From positions 489,972 through 553,971 of the forward strand of contig JBOHNX010000001.1 in the NCBI GenBank assembly GCA_050730875.1: DNA of 64,000 nt, read 5' to 3'. The notes under the pieces are model-generated. The model ran no database searches, was not told the DNA's origin, and saw only the letters and a list, made by a program, of their open reading frames with translations. The position numbers were made by a program, and so were the translations under genes. How positions within the stretch are numbered: position 1 is the stretch's first letter; each line of letters begins with the position of its first letter. This document shows, in pieces, positions 63,782-64,000 of this stretch. The stretch comes from Candidatus Saccharimonadales bacterium. GTDB taxonomy: Bacteria > Patescibacteriota > Saccharimonadia > Saccharimonadales > EFPC-124.

Positions 63782-64000
63782 CTATTCGAGAACGCGTACG
63801 CGGATAGTATCGGTCCCGCCGGTGAGGCCAGGCTGGCGACCGCTCACCAGCACAACTGGCTTGCCGTGCTCTAACAGGCCGTGCTCGGCGAGTTCCTGCG
63901 CCAGCTTTAAGCCGGCTTTTTCGCCTTCGGGACGCAAGAAGCTTTTGTTGGCGTAGAGCAAACAAAGCTGATGCGCAACGCGTGGATCTGAGGTGACAGA
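63782..64000 (-). CDS. pyk: pyruvate kinase, C-terminal fragment (runs off the window)
   Basis: The minus-strand frame reads ...LAQELAEHGLLEHGKPVVLVSGRQPGLTGGTDTIRVRVLE*, typical of the pyruvate kinase C-terminal domain. No start codon lies inside the window. Confidence 0.6.
   Translation of the reverse strand, partial: SVTSDPRVAHQLCLLYANKSFLRPEGEKAGLKLAQELAEHGLLEHGKPVVLVSGRQPGLTGGTDTIRVRVLE

Noticed and set aside
63630-63965. 111-aa minus-strand track ORF at the window end
   Set aside because: Its translation is Arg-rich nonsense. A different minus-strand frame reads a clean pyruvate kinase C-terminus ending at 63782 and continuing off the window.

Overview
The window appears to be a contiguous chromosomal segment from a small-genome bacterium. 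Genes are short and tightly packed, mostly on the minus strand, with many 4-30 nt overlaps. By inference only, the gene content and style suggest a Saccharibacteria/CPR-like (Patescibacteria) organism; no database was consulted.

Most of the window is housekeeping. I recognise ddl, uvrA, uvrC, pcrA, sbcB, ruvX, obg, alaS, metG, rsmA, mnmA, a cysteine desulfurase, tatD, rplY, secG, ftsA-like, mltG, tpiA, pgk and a partial pyk.

Five things stand out:
1. A compact TOMM-type RiPP locus at 35.1-38.4 kb. One 732-aa protein fuses a SagB/McbC-type dehydrogenase to a YcaO domain. A 48-aa Gly/Ser-rich, microcin-B17-like candidate precursor with a near-perfect Shine-Dalgarno lies 88 nt downstream. A divergent HExxH metalloprotease gene sits beside it.
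2. All five tRNA genes lie in the first 12 kb. Each is accompanied by a copy of a previously unnamed, roughly 80-130-nt structured repeat family built around a GCCAGTGGC hairpin and embedded in partial copies of the cognate tRNA. Four copies are T-loop type and two are D-loop type.
3. Small high-GC islets carry actinobacterial hallmarks, including a canonical WhiB-family gene next to tandem partial tRNA-Val 3' ends.
4. A 360-aa intein splits helicase motif III of PcrA.
5. Several regulatory oddities: perfect consensus promoters, a ~245-nt structured leader upstream of a LysM-CHAP hydrolase, tandem terminator-like hairpins before an ABC exporter, and many apparently leaderless genes.

I saw no rRNA, CRISPR array, transposase or integrase gene. 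All functional calls rest on motifs I recognised by eye in the supplied translations. Coordinates of non-CDS features were hand-indexed.
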